Position numbers and translations under genes: made by a program. Shown one piece after another: positions 26,266-35,516 of a stretch of 64,000 nucleotides of DNA (the first letter of the stretch is position 1; each line of letters begins with the position of its first letter). The notes below the pieces were generated by a model. It worked only from the letters and a program-made list of their open reading frames with translations, ran no database searches and was not told where the DNA came from. Source of the stretch: a virus; the IMG/VR virus record IMGVR_UViG_3300036818_000089, positions 1 through 64,000 of that record. The stretch is one strand, 5' to 3'.

Positions 26266-26672
26266 CCAGCGAGGGAATCACCCCAGAGATCCGGCCACTG
26301 CCCGAACCGCCGTCCAGCACGGCGCCCCCGAGCCGCCCGAGCCGTAGTCAGCGCATGGCCGGCGAGTCACGGGACCAGCCAGCGGCGCCCCCAGTCCGCG
26401 GCGCGCTGGTGCCTCCCGAACTGGACCTGGTCGACCCGGACGCAGGCAACGCCACGGACACGGTGACGCTGCGGATGCGCAAGCAGCACTGCGACTACCT
26501 GGGTGGTCTACGTGAGGCCATCTCGATCCGATATGGGGTGTCGAAACGGGTCATCGACGAAGCGGTGGTGGTGCTGCTGCGTCAGCACAGAGGTGACCTG
26601 ATCGAACTGGTGTCGCCGATGTCGAAGCCAGACAAGGTGGTCGACGTGGACCGGTTCCTCGGCGACCAGTAG
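26262..26672 (+). CDS. small ParA partner / centromere-binding protein (ParG/RHH-like)
   Basis: ATGA-coupled to parA; disordered N-terminus then TVTLRM-helix-helix. Confidence 0.6.
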   Translation: MTSEGITPEIRPLPEPPSSTAPPSRPSRSQRMAGESRDQPAAPPVRGALVPPELDLVDPDAGNATDTVTLRMRKQHCDYLGGLREAISIRYGVSKRVIDEAVVVLLRQHRGDLIELVSPMSKPDKVVDVDRFLGDQ

Positions 26673-26708
26673 GCGTCGACGCGATTTACGCCGTAAATCG
26701 GTGGGGGG

Positions 26709-27269
26709 TCAGGTGCAGAGGTAGGCGTGCATCGCGTGGACCACCTTCGGCGCCAGACCGGAACGGACCTGCGTTGAGTTGCGTGTCTCCCTGGCCTGTA
26801 GCAACGCGAGGGCGACGTACGCGCGTTCGATAAGGGTCAGATCGCGGATCCGCAGGCGGCCAGCGAGTCGGGCCCGCACTCGCTGGGCCATCCACGGGTC
26901 CGGTCGGCGGTGACACAGCACGTGCTGGACAGCGATCGACGTCGCCGGATCCATCACCGGGTTCGCCCACGGGTCGTCGATCGGCAGGTCCGTCCAGGCT
27001 GCCGCTGTCACCCACCGGTGGCGGATCACCCGCGCCTCGTCCGCGGGCGACAAGGGAAGCGAATGGCCGCACAGACCTAGGAACAGTTCCTCAACCACGC
27101 GGGCGGCTGCGACGGTGACCGGGCGACCGCAATGCAGCATCCGGTCGAGGTGGAACTGCGGGACCCCTGCCGCATAGAGCGCCTGCAGTCGGCGCGCCGA
27201 ACCGAGCGACGGGACCGCCCGGTTGGCGCATTGGAAGTGGCGGCGGCGCTGGTCGAGGATGGCTGCCAT
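26709..27269 (-). CDS. hypothetical protein, related to 21628-22707
   Basis: GSARRLQAL and W.D..IDDP motifs shared. Confidence 0.6.
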   Translation of the reverse strand: MAAILDQRRRHFQCANRAVPSLGSARRLQALYAAGVPQFHLDRMLHCGRPVTVAAARVVEELFLGLCGHSLPLSPADEARVIRHRWVTAAAWTDLPIDDPWANPVMDPATSIAVQHVLCHRRPDPWMAQRVRARLAGRLRIRDLTLIERAYVALALLQARETRNSTQVRSGLAPKVVHAMHAYLCT

Positions 27270-27330
27270 CGCGCTACCTACCCGTTCCGTCCACGAACCC
27301 ACTGGTCATCGAACAGATCATCGACCTCCA

Positions 27331-27552
27331 TCACACACCGATCATGGGACTCATGTGACTGATACCAGTGATGACGACCATGACCACGACGACGAGGCCC
27401 ACGACGACAAGTACCACCGGGAACCGGTTGCGGGGGCCGTGGTCAGCTCTGCTGGACCACTGGTCGTCGTCCAGGATGTCCGGGTCCGGGTAGGCGATCG
27501 TGTCGTCGTCGTCCGGGTGGTCGGCTGCTTCTCCGATCCGGTTCCGTGGCAC
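27331..27552 (-). CDS. small membrane protein
   Basis: Acidic N-terminus, C-terminal TM helix. Confidence 0.5.
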   Translation of the reverse strand: MPRNRIGEAADHPDDDDTIAYPDPDILDDDQWSSRADHGPRNRFPVVLVVVGLVVVVMVVITGISHMSPMIGV

Positions 27553-27589
27553 CGCTGGGGTGCCCCACTCCTCATCACCCGACCGTCTG

Positions 27590-30115
27590 CTACGCAATCC
27601 CATCCGTAAGCCCTCTTTCGGTGTTGTTTTGTTGCACGCGGGAAGAACCCTCCCCGTTTAGTCCTCGCCTGGCGTTGTGCTCATCGGTCCCATCCATGTC
27701 AGACAGTGCGACGTACCGCTGGCCCGCCTCGCCGTCGACGCGGCCCGCCCGGATCTCGACCTGCCCATCCCGCAGCGCCTGTGCCAGTTGCTGCGCCGAC
27801 CAGCCGCCGTACACGCTCGGCCACTGGGTGCGCAGCCGAGTCAGCACGTCACTGGACTTGACCTTCGGCCGGCCGCCCATCACCGTGATCACGTCCTCAC
27901 GGAATCCGTCCGATGAGTTGCCGCCATGGCCGCCGTACAGTTCCACCGCGCGGCGGGTGACCCGATGCAGGTCCTCGACCGACAGGTAGAAGAACCGCAG
28001 TAGCTCGGGGGTGGCGGTGAACCCTCGCGTCATCGCCGTCCCGACGTCACCCAGGCTCAGGTCGGTTTTCGGACGCAACCCGACGGCAGTCACCCCGGCG
28101 CGGTGGGATCCGGTGCCCAGGGTGGCGTCGTTGCTGGTGTGGTCACCGGTCGAGAAGCACGCCTTGTTCGAGGCGACGGACACCAGTTGCCGCGGGAGAC
28201 CGCCGTTGGTCGGCTCCGGCGTGGCCATGATGATGGTGTCGCCGTACTTACGGGCCGCGCTCATTAGCAGCACGATCCGTTCCTCGGCCAACTTGCCGTA
28301 CTTGGCGTGCAGGAACAGCGCCTGGCACTCGTCGATCACCAGGACCTGCGGGCGCAGCCTGCTGTCGACCTCGGCGATCTCGCGGGTCGCGGCCCGTTCA
28401 CCGCCGTGTTCCTTCAGCGCACGGCCGCGCTCTTCGAGATTGTCGTACATGGTCTGGATTCGGTCCATGCACGCACGGACGGTGTCCTCGCCGATCCCGG
28501 TTTTCAGGGTGGCCAGGCGGGGTTCTGCGGGGTCGTAATCGGCGTTGGTGGCCATGACGAAGACGTGGATGTCGACTAGCGGGTCGAGCATCGCGCCCGC
28601 GAGCAGGGCGAGGATCAGCGTCGATTTGCCACCGCCCATGATCCCGCTGAGCACGTAGTTGGCCTCGAACAGGCGAGCGTTGATCACGTTCGCGCGGATG
28701 CCGATACCGACCGGGACACCCCGGAAATAATCGGTGACGACAGTGTTGAGGTTAGCCAATAGCGGATAGGGGGGGACGGGACGGTTGAGACTGCCGCGGT
28801 CGGCGATCCACAGGTCCAGGACACTGGCCTTGTCGTCGGGTTCGGTAGCCCACACCTCCTGCTGCTTGCGTTCCAGGTTGTGGGCCAGCACGACCCGCTT
28901 GCCGACGATCATTTCGACGGGCACACCGCGTGGTAGGCGGATCTGGCAACGCCATCCGTCGCCGTCGCGGGTCGGGCGCATCGGCCACAGGCCACGGCGG
29001 GCGTATTCCTGGTCGCCCGGGTCGAGGTCCTCGGCTGGCCAGCCCTCCCGGTCCTCCCGGCCCTCCCGGGCGGCGGCGAGTTTGGGGATTCCCAGTTCCT
29101 GCAGGGAACCGATGATGGCCGCCTCGTCCGGGTCGAGGCCGGGGCGTGGCAGCAGACGGCGTCGGGGCTGCCGGGGCGCGGGAACAATCGCGGGGTCGGC
29201 CGGGGTATACGTGTCGTCGTGGTCGACACCCTCGGCGTCGACCACGGTGGCCGTGTCGTGGGGGTCCTGGTCCTCGTAGCCGGTGTCGGTGTAGTAGGTC
29301 AGGCCCTCCTCGTTGGGGCCGGTGATCGCGGGCGGCGAGGTGGTCCAGCGGCGGGTGGCGTCCGCCCTCGCCGCGGGGGCGTTGTCGTCGCTGTTCTCCT
29401 GGGCCTGCCACGCGGGGGTGGTGGCGCGGGCACGGCCCACAGCCCACAACACGATCCACACCGCCACCACGGCGACCAGCAGGAACGACGCCCACACCAG
29501 CGTGACGATCCGCACCAGGTCGGCGATGAACGCGAACACCGCGGTGAAGGGGGCGAAGATCGCGGCGGCGTCGCGGGACATGACCGACAGGGCGACCCCA
29601 ACAACCAGCAGGACCCCGGCCACGCAGCCGATGCCCAGGCCGAACGCCTTGGTCCACGCCCACGGCATGGTGGACCACCACTCGACGCGGTGGCGGTGCC
29701 GCTGCTCCCGGGCATCTTTGGCGCGGGATTCCCACTCCAGCAGGGCTTTGTTGTCGCCGCACTGTTCGGCGCGGCGTTGCATCCGCTCGTAGCGGGCGCC
29801 GCTGCGGGAGTCCCACACGCGTTGTGCCAGCACCATGGCGCCAGCGATGGGGTAGCCGATCGCGTGGCGGGCGGCGGCACCGAGGATGGCGCGGGTGCGG
29901 TGGTGGGTGGCGACGGTGCGGGTGAGACGGCCCAGGGCGGCGGCGTCGGTGACGTAGCCGTCGAGGCGGGCGCCGCGCTGGCCACGCTGGGATTCCAGTT
30001 GCGTGTAGAGCGCGACCGCGGCGGGGTCGGGCGCCGCGTCGGGGCCGATGTGGGGCAGGTGGTGCACGCTGGCCAACTCGTCTGGCCGGCCGCAGTCGGG
30101 TGGGGTTGGCATCAC
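27590..30115 (-). CDS. traB: FtsK/SpoIIIE-like conjugative DNA translocase (actinomycete TraB/TraSA type)
   Basis: Two TM segments, Walker A GIMGGGKS, Walker B VLVIDECQ, C-terminal wHTH-like region; 841 aa. Confidence 0.85.
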   Translation of the reverse strand: MMPTPPDCGRPDELASVHHLPHIGPDAAPDPAAVALYTQLESQRGQRGARLDGYVTDAAALGRLTRTVATHHRTRAILGAAARHAIGYPIAGAMVLAQRVWDSRSGARYERMQRRAEQCGDNKALLEWESRAKDAREQRHRHRVEWWSTMPWAWTKAFGLGIGCVAGVLLVVGVALSVMSRDAAAIFAPFTAVFAFIADLVRIVTLVWASFLLVAVVAVWIVLWAVGRARATTPAWQAQENSDDNAPAARADATRRWTTSPPAITGPNEEGLTYYTDTGYEDQDPHDTATVVDAEGVDHDDTYTPADPAIVPAPRQPRRRLLPRPGLDPDEAAIIGSLQELGIPKLAAAREGREDREGWPAEDLDPGDQEYARRGLWPMRPTRDGDGWRCQIRLPRGVPVEMIVGKRVVLAHNLERKQQEVWATEPDDKASVLDLWIADRGSLNRPVPPYPLLANLNTVVTDYFRGVPVGIGIRANVINARLFEANYVLSGIMGGGKSTLILALLAGAMLDPLVDIHVFVMATNADYDPAEPRLATLKTGIGEDTVRACMDRIQTMYDNLEERGRALKEHGGERAATREIAEVDSRLRPQVLVIDECQALFLHAKYGKLAEERIVLLMSAARKYGDTIIMATPEPTNGGLPRQLVSVASNKACFSTGDHTSNDATLGTGSHRAGVTAVGLRPKTDLSLGDVGTAMTRGFTATPELLRFFYLSVEDLHRVTRRAVELYGGHGGNSSDGFREDVITVMGGRPKVKSSDVLTRLRTQWPSVYGGWSAQQLAQALRDGQVEIRAGRVDGEAGQRYVALSDMDGTDEHNARRGLNGEGSSRVQQNNTERGLTDGIA

Positions 30116-30174
30116 GGTGGTCCAATCACCTGCGAAGGGATCACCCCCTTCCCGGGGGTTCGGGTTGGGCTGGG

Positions 30175-30207
30175 CGCCGGGGGAGCCCCGCCGGGGCTCC
30201 CCCGGCG
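30175..30207 (-). terminator. GC-rich hairpin immediately upstream of traB
   Basis: CGCCGGGGGAGCCCC-gcc-GGGGCTCCCCCGGCG. Confidence 0.6.
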
Positions 30208-30210
30208 GGG

Positions 30211-30378
30211 TCAGTCCTGCGCCGGGCCGGGCACGGCGGGGGCGCTGAACACGTGGAAGTGGATGCCCTGCGTCGGCAGGTACTGGCCGATGATGTACGC
30301 GACCACGAACAGCACGCCAACCGCGACGATCAGGGACGGCATGGACATTTTCGTGCCCTTGGGCCTGGTTCCAGCCAT
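30211..30378 (-). CDS. 55-aa membrane peptide
   Basis: GAGGT RBS; single TM helix; below ORF-track cutoff. Confidence 0.55.
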   Translation of the reverse strand: MAGTRPKGTKMSMPSLIVAVGVLFVVAYIIGQYLPTQGIHFHVFSAPAVPGPAQD

Positions 30379-30435
30379 GGTGTTTACCTCGTTCTCTGTT
30401 GTCGTTGCTGGGGTTGCGCTGCGGGTATTGGGGGG

Positions 30436-30645
30436 TCAGATCCGCTGCGAGTGGACGGCGGCGGGGGCGGCCTCGATGTGGTAGGCGTGCTGCATGTTCA
30501 CGCCGAACGCGATGGACATCATCACGACGAGTACCGCGCCAGCGGCCCAGAGGGTCACGGCCAGTGGCGTGTTCTTCGGGCGCTTCGTCGTCGACGACCT
30601 AGTGGTGGACCGGGTGGGGACGCTGCTACCGGGCATGTTTTCCAT
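30436..30645 (-). CDS. small membrane protein
   Basis: Basic N-terminus plus TM helix. Confidence 0.6.
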   Translation of the reverse strand: MENMPGSSVPTRSTTRSSTTKRPKNTPLAVTLWAAGAVLVVMMSIAFGVNMQHAYHIEAAPAAVHSQRI

Positions 30646-30691
30646 GATTGGCTTCCTGCCTTTTCTCTGGACGGTTTCAGGGTTCCTGATT

Positions 30692-30874
30692 TCAGGAGGT
30701 CACTTTGAATTCTTGCTTGGCGTGGATGTAGCCGCCGTCGCCGTTGCTGAACTCCACGAAGACTCCGTTGTCATCTGTGAAGGCCTCGTCCACGGTGGCC
30801 GTTCGGCCGTTGCTGAACTTCACCTCGTCACCGGCGTGCAGTTCGCTGGCTTTCACCACGGCATATTTGGCCAT
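30692..30874 (-). CDS. 60-aa small beta-rich protein
   Basis: AAAGGA RBS; MAKYAVVKASEL..GD. Confidence 0.65.
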   Translation of the reverse strand: MAKYAVVKASELHAGDEVKFSNGRTATVDEAFTDDNGVFVEFSNGDGGYIHAKQEFKVTS

Positions 30875-30894
30875 GTCGGTAATTCCTTTCGTTG

Positions 30895-31482
30895 TCAGGC
30901 TTCTGCGCGGTAGCGGGCGGCGCGGGCCTCGACCTCGCGCACGTACCAGCCAGCGTGGTTGTAGGCGAAGTACGCCCGGTAGGGGCTGTGGGAGAACCCG
31001 TCGTCGCACAACTTGTGGGCGGCGGCGTGGATGGCGTCGTGGAGGCTGTAGATGTTCGGGCCGATGTCGGGGTGGCGGTAGCGGACTGCGGCGAACGTGC
31101 CGGGCTCGAACTGCATCGGGCCGCGGGCGCCCGCGTAGTTCGCGCCGGAGTGCACCCCGGGCAGGTGGGACTGGCCGTGGTTGGTTTCCACCGCGCCGAT
31201 CCCGGCGAGGGCGGCCCAGTCCAGGCCTGGGCAAGTGCGCCCGTATTCGCGGTAGTAGGCCAGCGCTGTCGCGGGGATGCCGGGCATCGACGACGGGCCC
31301 AACCCGGACGTTCGGTGTGTGGCGGGCCCGGCACCCAGGGCGGGACCGATGGCGTCCTCGGTGATTCCGCTGTTGCCGAGCGCCTCGACCACGGCGGGCC
31401 GGTAGGTGATGTACGCGCCCAGCGCGGCCATCACGACCGTGCCGCACACGGCGGCGCAGGCCACGTTGACGATGCGAGACAA
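30895..31482 (-). CDS. membrane-anchored lytic transglycosylase (SLT-like)
   Basis: W..LAGIG.VET.HG, GARGPMQF.P.TF, AYNHA..YV. Confidence 0.88.
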   Translation of the reverse strand: MSRIVNVACAAVCGTVVMAALGAYITYRPAVVEALGNSGITEDAIGPALGAGPATHRTSGLGPSSMPGIPATALAYYREYGRTCPGLDWAALAGIGAVETNHGQSHLPGVHSGANYAGARGPMQFEPGTFAAVRYRHPDIGPNIYSLHDAIHAAAHKLCDDGFSHSPYRAYFAYNHAGWYVREVEARAARYRAEA

Positions 31483-31584
31483 TGTGGTTCTCCCGGTTCC
31501 CGAGGTGTTGTGGGTGCTGGGTGGGTCCGGTCGGTGGCGGGGTGCAACTTGGCAAGGTGGCGCCGCCCCGGCCGGACGTTTGTG

Positions 31585-31890
31585 TCAGGCGGTGACCTGG
31601 CTGGCCTCCTCGCCTTCGGTGGGCTGCTCGACGACGGGCCGGTCGGTGGTGCCGGCGGTGATGCACAGCGCGCGGCGCGCGGCGCGGCGGCGGCGGGCCA
31701 GCCGCCATTCGTGCAGCGCCCACCACGCGGCGACCAGGATCGCCACGAAGGTGAAGACCGGGGAGACCGTGACGCCTAGGACCGCGGGGACTGTGACGCC
31801 AGCCAGTTCGATCAGGTGGTAGCCGACCCACTCGACGACACCGTTGGTGTCGCGTTGGGTCGGGTTGATGGTGTCAGGCGGCGTAGGCAT
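31585..31890 (-). CDS. 2-TM transfer-module membrane protein
   Basis: EWVGYHLIELAGV..PA pattern recalled from actinomycete conjugative elements. Confidence 0.6.
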   Translation of the reverse strand: MPTPPDTINPTQRDTNGVVEWVGYHLIELAGVTVPAVLGVTVSPVFTFVAILVAAWWALHEWRLARRRRAARRALCITAGTTDRPVVEQPTEGEEASQVTA

Positions 31891-32101
31891 GGACGCGGTC
31901 CTCCTGTCGAACGGGTGCGGCGATGAATTCGGGTGCAGTGGCGTAGGTATTGACGCGACGCATCGAGGCCTCGATGACGCGGACCGCAAGCAGTAGCGGC
32001 GCCCGGATCAGGTGCAGCGCGAGGAACAGCAGCAGCGTCCCGGCGAACCGCGCCATGGCTGGCATGCCTTGGCTGTTGAGGATGTCGAACAGGTTCACCA
32101 T
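31874..32101 (-). CDS. small transfer-module membrane protein
   Basis: RF..TLLLFLALHL.R.PL pattern. Confidence 0.6.
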   Translation of the reverse strand: MVNLFDILNSQGMPAMARFAGTLLLFLALHLIRAPLLLAVRVIEASMRRVNTYATAPEFIAAPVRQEDRVHAYAA

Positions 32102-32268
32102 CGGTGTCGTTTCGTGGTCGATAGGCGCTGTCGCTGTATTCTGGGTGGGCACGTCGGGCCTCCTAGAAGGGCTCGGTGTTGGAGGCCCTGCCGGGTGTAA
32201 GCCGGTGGGGCCTCGTTCTGTGTCGGGTACGTGCGGGATCGTTACGTGCGACCAGGGGAAACGGGTGG

Positions 32269-32403
32269 TGTGGAGCATCGGATCGGTGATCTGCTCCACA
32301 GCGGGTTTGCTGCTCCACCGCAGGTCAGGTCGCGTAGCAGACGTGGAGCAGCAGCGGAGCATGTGGTGACGTGGGCGGCTGGCTGCTACGTAGGTGCTCC
32401 ACC
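32269..32403. repeat. Cluster of TGCTCCAC/GTGGAGCA 8-mers (5 exact plus variants), intergenic
   Basis: Copies at 32270, 32292, 32311, 32343, 32395 in both orientations. Confidence 0.8.
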
Positions 32404-32451
32404 GTCCGCTCCTATCTGCAGCAGACGTGTTTTGGCTGGTCAGCGTAGTAA

Positions 32452-32769
32452 TCACCGCGGCCACCTCCCCGCTGATGCACTGGCCACTGCTTCACCGGTG
32501 TTTTCGCTGTTCAGGGCCGATATCGCCTGGCGGCAGTAGTCCACGAGCCCCTGAGCGATGCGGGCGGCGAGGTCAGGGTTCACCGACCGCAAAATCAGGA
32601 TGCTGCGGAGCTGCGCCGAGGAGACCGCCACCAGATCAACTGGCGTGCACGCGACGGCTAACTCCTCCTCGAAGCGTGCGGCCCGCCGGGCAAGCCTCTG
32701 CATGGCTTGGGTCGGCACCACGGCCGTCCCCATGGCCGCTGCGGTCCGTGCCCGCTGGCCTGCCATCAC
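32452..32769 (-). CDS. hypothetical protein
   Basis: GTGA-type coupling within the transfer operon. Confidence 0.5.
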   Translation of the reverse strand: MMAGQRARTAAAMGTAVVPTQAMQRLARRAARFEEELAVACTPVDLVAVSSAQLRSILILRSVNPDLAARIAQGLVDYCRQAISALNSENTGEAVASASAGRWPR

Positions 32770-33044
32770 GACACCGCCCAGGCGCCGTCGGTGGCGCTAC
32801 TAGCGCTTGTGGCGGGAGGCGCTACTAGCGGTGTGGCGGTGGCGCAAGTAGCGGCGCCAGTAGCGCCACCGTTTGCGGCGCCAGTAGCGGCCGGTAGCGG
32901 CGTAGCGGTAGCGCCCGGACGTAGCGCCTCAGCAGCGCTACCCCGAACCGCGTCCGCTACCCACTCGGCGACATCCTGGCCCGCCACTAGCGCGGAGATG
33001 CGCGCGACGAGATAAACGTCGCCGGACAGGTTGACGGCGGTCAT
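32766..33044 (-). CDS. Ala/Thr-rich hypothetical protein (repeat-dense DNA)
   Basis: ATGA-coupled ORF. Confidence 0.4.
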   Translation of the reverse strand: MTAVNLSGDVYLVARISALVAGQDVAEWVADAVRGSAAEALRPGATATPLPAATGAANGGATGAATCATATPLVAPPATSASSATDGAWAVS

Positions 33045-33520
33045 CGGGTGCCCTCCGTCCGCTGCTCGGACAGGTCGCCGCTCCACTCGGCGAGCTTGGC
33101 CCGCCCGAAACTGGCAGTCGCCCCAGCCGCCCTGGCCAGCGCCGCACCGGTCAGCTGGTGAACGGTGCCGTCCTTGACGGCCCGGTCGAACATGTGGCGC
33201 ATGACCGCTGTCTTGTCGCCAGCCGCTGTCTTGGCCGCTACGCCAGCGAGCGGACGGGTGCGGCGGCGGTGCTGCTGGATGCGCGCTACTGGCGCTGGCG
33301 CTACCCGCAACTGGCGCGCTACCTCGACGGGTTCGGGTAGCGCTTCCGGGGCGCTAGTAGCGGGGGCTAGTGGCGCCTGTTCGGTGGCGCCAGTGGCGCT
33401 GGTCGGCTCCCACGGGGAGCGCAGCGGTAGCGCCGCCAGTAGCGCTGCCGATCGCTGCACCGCCAGCTCGGCCAACAGGCGCTCGCGCAGTTCGGGGTCG
33501 TGCGCTACTCGCGCTACCCG
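32793..33520. repeat. Dense cluster (~20) of GTAGCG/CGCTAC hexamers
   Basis: e.g. 32884, 32894, 32902, 32908, 32921, 33284, 33299, 33317, 33337, 33427, 33439, 33503, 33512. Confidence 0.8.
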
Positions 33521-34225
33521 AAGCGCCCGCGACAGGCGGCCGGTGCGCCACAGTGCGCGGTCCGCCAGCGCCAGCCGGGCGGCGCGGGTGACTGCCCGCT
33601 CCCGGGTGCGGGTGACAGCGTCCCGGTCGTCGTCGGCCAGGCCGAGCCGGGACAACCCACGCTCCCGAAGCTCACCGGTGACGCGTGCCCACAGGCCGGT
33701 CTGGATGCCGGCGCGGCGGCGGATCTCGATACCGAGCGCCAGGTGCAGCATGACCAGGCTGAGGATCGGGCCCAGTGCTACGCGGGCGGCGCCGTCGACC
33801 GGGCCGGACAGCACCACCGCGGCGTAGCCGGACAGGCCACACAGTGCCCACGCGACCAGACGAGGTGCGCCCGGCGAACCAGGCCGGCCGGTCGCGGGGT
33901 CGAGGTGGCGGACGTTGGCGCGCATACCGACCGCGCACGCGATCAAGGCCAGTTCGACCACCGAGAACATGACCACCCGCTCGGCGCCGGTGACACCGAG
34001 CCGGTCCCCGAAGAACCGCCACGACGTGTTCAAGCTGACCGACAGGCCACCTGCGGCGCCGGCGTAGTACCACCACGGCGTGCCCTGGGGCAGTCGCCGG
34101 GCGAACCGGACAGCGAGCGTTCCGAGCGCCACGACCACCAGAAGCGCCACCAGCGCGGCCGCGACCAGCGTCGGGCTCACGGTGGATGTCCAGGCGATGG
34201 ACTGGGCTTGGTTGCCGGGCTGCAT
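33041..34225 (-). CDS. SpdB-like multi-TM spread protein
   Basis: ~5 TM helices, R..LSRLGLA....RD.....R motif, Pro/Ala linker, C-terminal HTH-like region. Confidence 0.65.
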   Translation of the reverse strand: MQPGNQAQSIAWTSTVSPTLVAAALVALLVVVALGTLAVRFARRLPQGTPWWYYAGAAGGLSVSLNTSWRFFGDRLGVTGAERVVMFSVVELALIACAVGMRANVRHLDPATGRPGSPGAPRLVAWALCGLSGYAAVVLSGPVDGAARVALGPILSLVMLHLALGIEIRRRAGIQTGLWARVTGELRERGLSRLGLADDDRDAVTRTRERAVTRAARLALADRALWRTGRLSRALRVARVAHDPELRERLLAELAVQRSAALLAALPLRSPWEPTSATGATEQAPLAPATSAPEALPEPVEVARQLRVAPAPVARIQQHRRRTRPLAGVAAKTAAGDKTAVMRHMFDRAVKDGTVHQLTGAALARAAGATASFGRAKLAEWSGDLSEQRTEGTR

Positions 34226-34260
34226 CTGTCTGCGTCCTTCGGGGGTTCGTACTGCGGTGG

Positions 34261-34449
34261 TCAGTTCGAGTGGCCGGGTTCGGTGGCGGCGTCGGCGATG
34301 CCGTCCCACGCGGCGCGGATCGCAGGCTCGTCGGCGCGCTGTTCGGCGTCGCGCAGCGCCGGGATCAGCAGCGCCAACCGGTGGCTGGTGGTGGAAGCGG
34401 GCTGGGCGCTGGTGACGGCACAGCGTCCAGCCCGGGTCTGTGCGGACAT
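34261..34449 (-). CDS. small hypothetical protein
   Basis: TGATG-coupled ORF. Confidence 0.4.
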   Translation of the reverse strand: MSAQTRAGRCAVTSAQPASTTSHRLALLIPALRDAEQRADEPAIRAAWDGIADAATEPGHSN

Positions 34450-34754
34450 CACTGCAATCCCGCCATCCGCAGAGCCAGGCGGCCCTTGTCGGTGATGGTG
34501 TTGCCGGCCATCAGTTCGTAGCGGCGCAGTTCGGCCAGCGGCTCGGCAGTCCACGGGTCGGACTGGTCGGGCTGGTACGGGGTTCGGCGGGTGGCTTTGG
34601 CTGCTGCGACGAGGACGTCCCAGTGGAACGAGTTCAGTTCCAGCACCGGGACCGCTACGACGACGAACGGGGTGCCGTTGTCCTGGACAGAGACGAGGAC
34701 GGATGCGGCAGCGGTGGGCGTGTGACGTGCTGGCCGCTGATTGGACCTGCTCAT
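34449..34754 (-). CDS. hypothetical protein
   Basis: Coupled ORF. Confidence 0.55.
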   Translation of the reverse strand: MSRSNQRPARHTPTAAASVLVSVQDNGTPFVVVAVPVLELNSFHWDVLVAAAKATRRTPYQPDQSDPWTAEPLAELRRYELMAGNTITDKGRLALRMAGLQ

Positions 34755-34942
34755 GACGCCTCGTCCAGGTCGCTGAGTGCCTCGGGTGCGGTGATCACGC
34801 GGGCGGCGTACCGCTCGCGGGCGGCGATGAGCTTCTTGCGGTTGCGGGAGCTGGGCCTCTCGCGGACCGCGAACTCGGCGTAGATGAGGACGGTCTGCGG
34901 GTCGGCGGCCTTCCGGGACCGCGCGTTGCGTCGGCTGGCCAT
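34751..34942 (-). CDS. small basic protein
   Basis: GGAGG RBS preceded by the motif. Confidence 0.6.
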   Translation of the reverse strand: MASRRNARSRKAADPQTVLIYAEFAVRERPSSRNRKKLIAARERYAARVITAPEALSDLDEAS

Positions 34943-35001
34943 TGCTGGCCTCCGTTCAGGTTTCCGGTGGTGACGGATGGGGTGGAGCGGTGAGCGGTGG
35001 G

Positions 35002-35307
35002 TCAGGTCTGTCGCTTGAGGTTGCGGCGCTGCCGTTCGGACAGGCCGCCCCAGATCCCGAACCGTTCGTCATGGGTCAGGGCGTAGGCGAGGCAGTCCGC
35101 CCGGACGTCGCAGCCCTGGCAGATGCGTTTCGCTTCGCGCGTTGAGCCGCCCTTTTCGGGGAAGAACTCCTCGGGGTCGGTTTGCGCGCACAGCGCCCGG
35201 TCCTGCCATTCCTCGACGTCGGAGGGCACGAGATGTTCGACGAAGTCGGCGAACGCCTGCGCACGGGTGGGGATGGTGTTGACGGGGGCGGCCGTGGTGA
35301 TGGTCAT
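35002..35307 (-). CDS. whiB: WhiB-family Fe-S transcription factor (WhiB/WhiB2-like)
   Basis: WQDRALCAQTDPE.FFPEKGGSTREAKRIC..C.VR..CL.YAL..DERFGIWGGLSER.RR. Confidence 0.95.
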   Translation of the reverse strand: MTITTAAPVNTIPTRAQAFADFVEHLVPSDVEEWQDRALCAQTDPEEFFPEKGGSTREAKRICQGCDVRADCLAYALTHDERFGIWGGLSERQRRNLKRQT

Positions 35308-35516
35308 TGGCGTGGCCTCCGTTGTGTGCCGTGTGGTGACGGATGGGGCTGGGGGTGCTCGTGTTGTGGTGACGGACGGGTGATCTTGTTGACTCTCACG
35401 GTTTTCAGTGAGTGGGGTCAACATCGAGATCGAACGTAGCACGCGGACGACCTCCCATCAACCCCCAGCAACACTCCACCTTGCGGAACCCCCCTCAACC
35501 TTGCATGATGTGGGGC

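Noticed and set aside
27590-30115. Host cell-division FtsK or phage packaging ATPase
   Set aside because: Context of Spd-like membrane genes and transglycosylase plus domain layout fit TraB; the terminase is expected beyond the portal, outside the window
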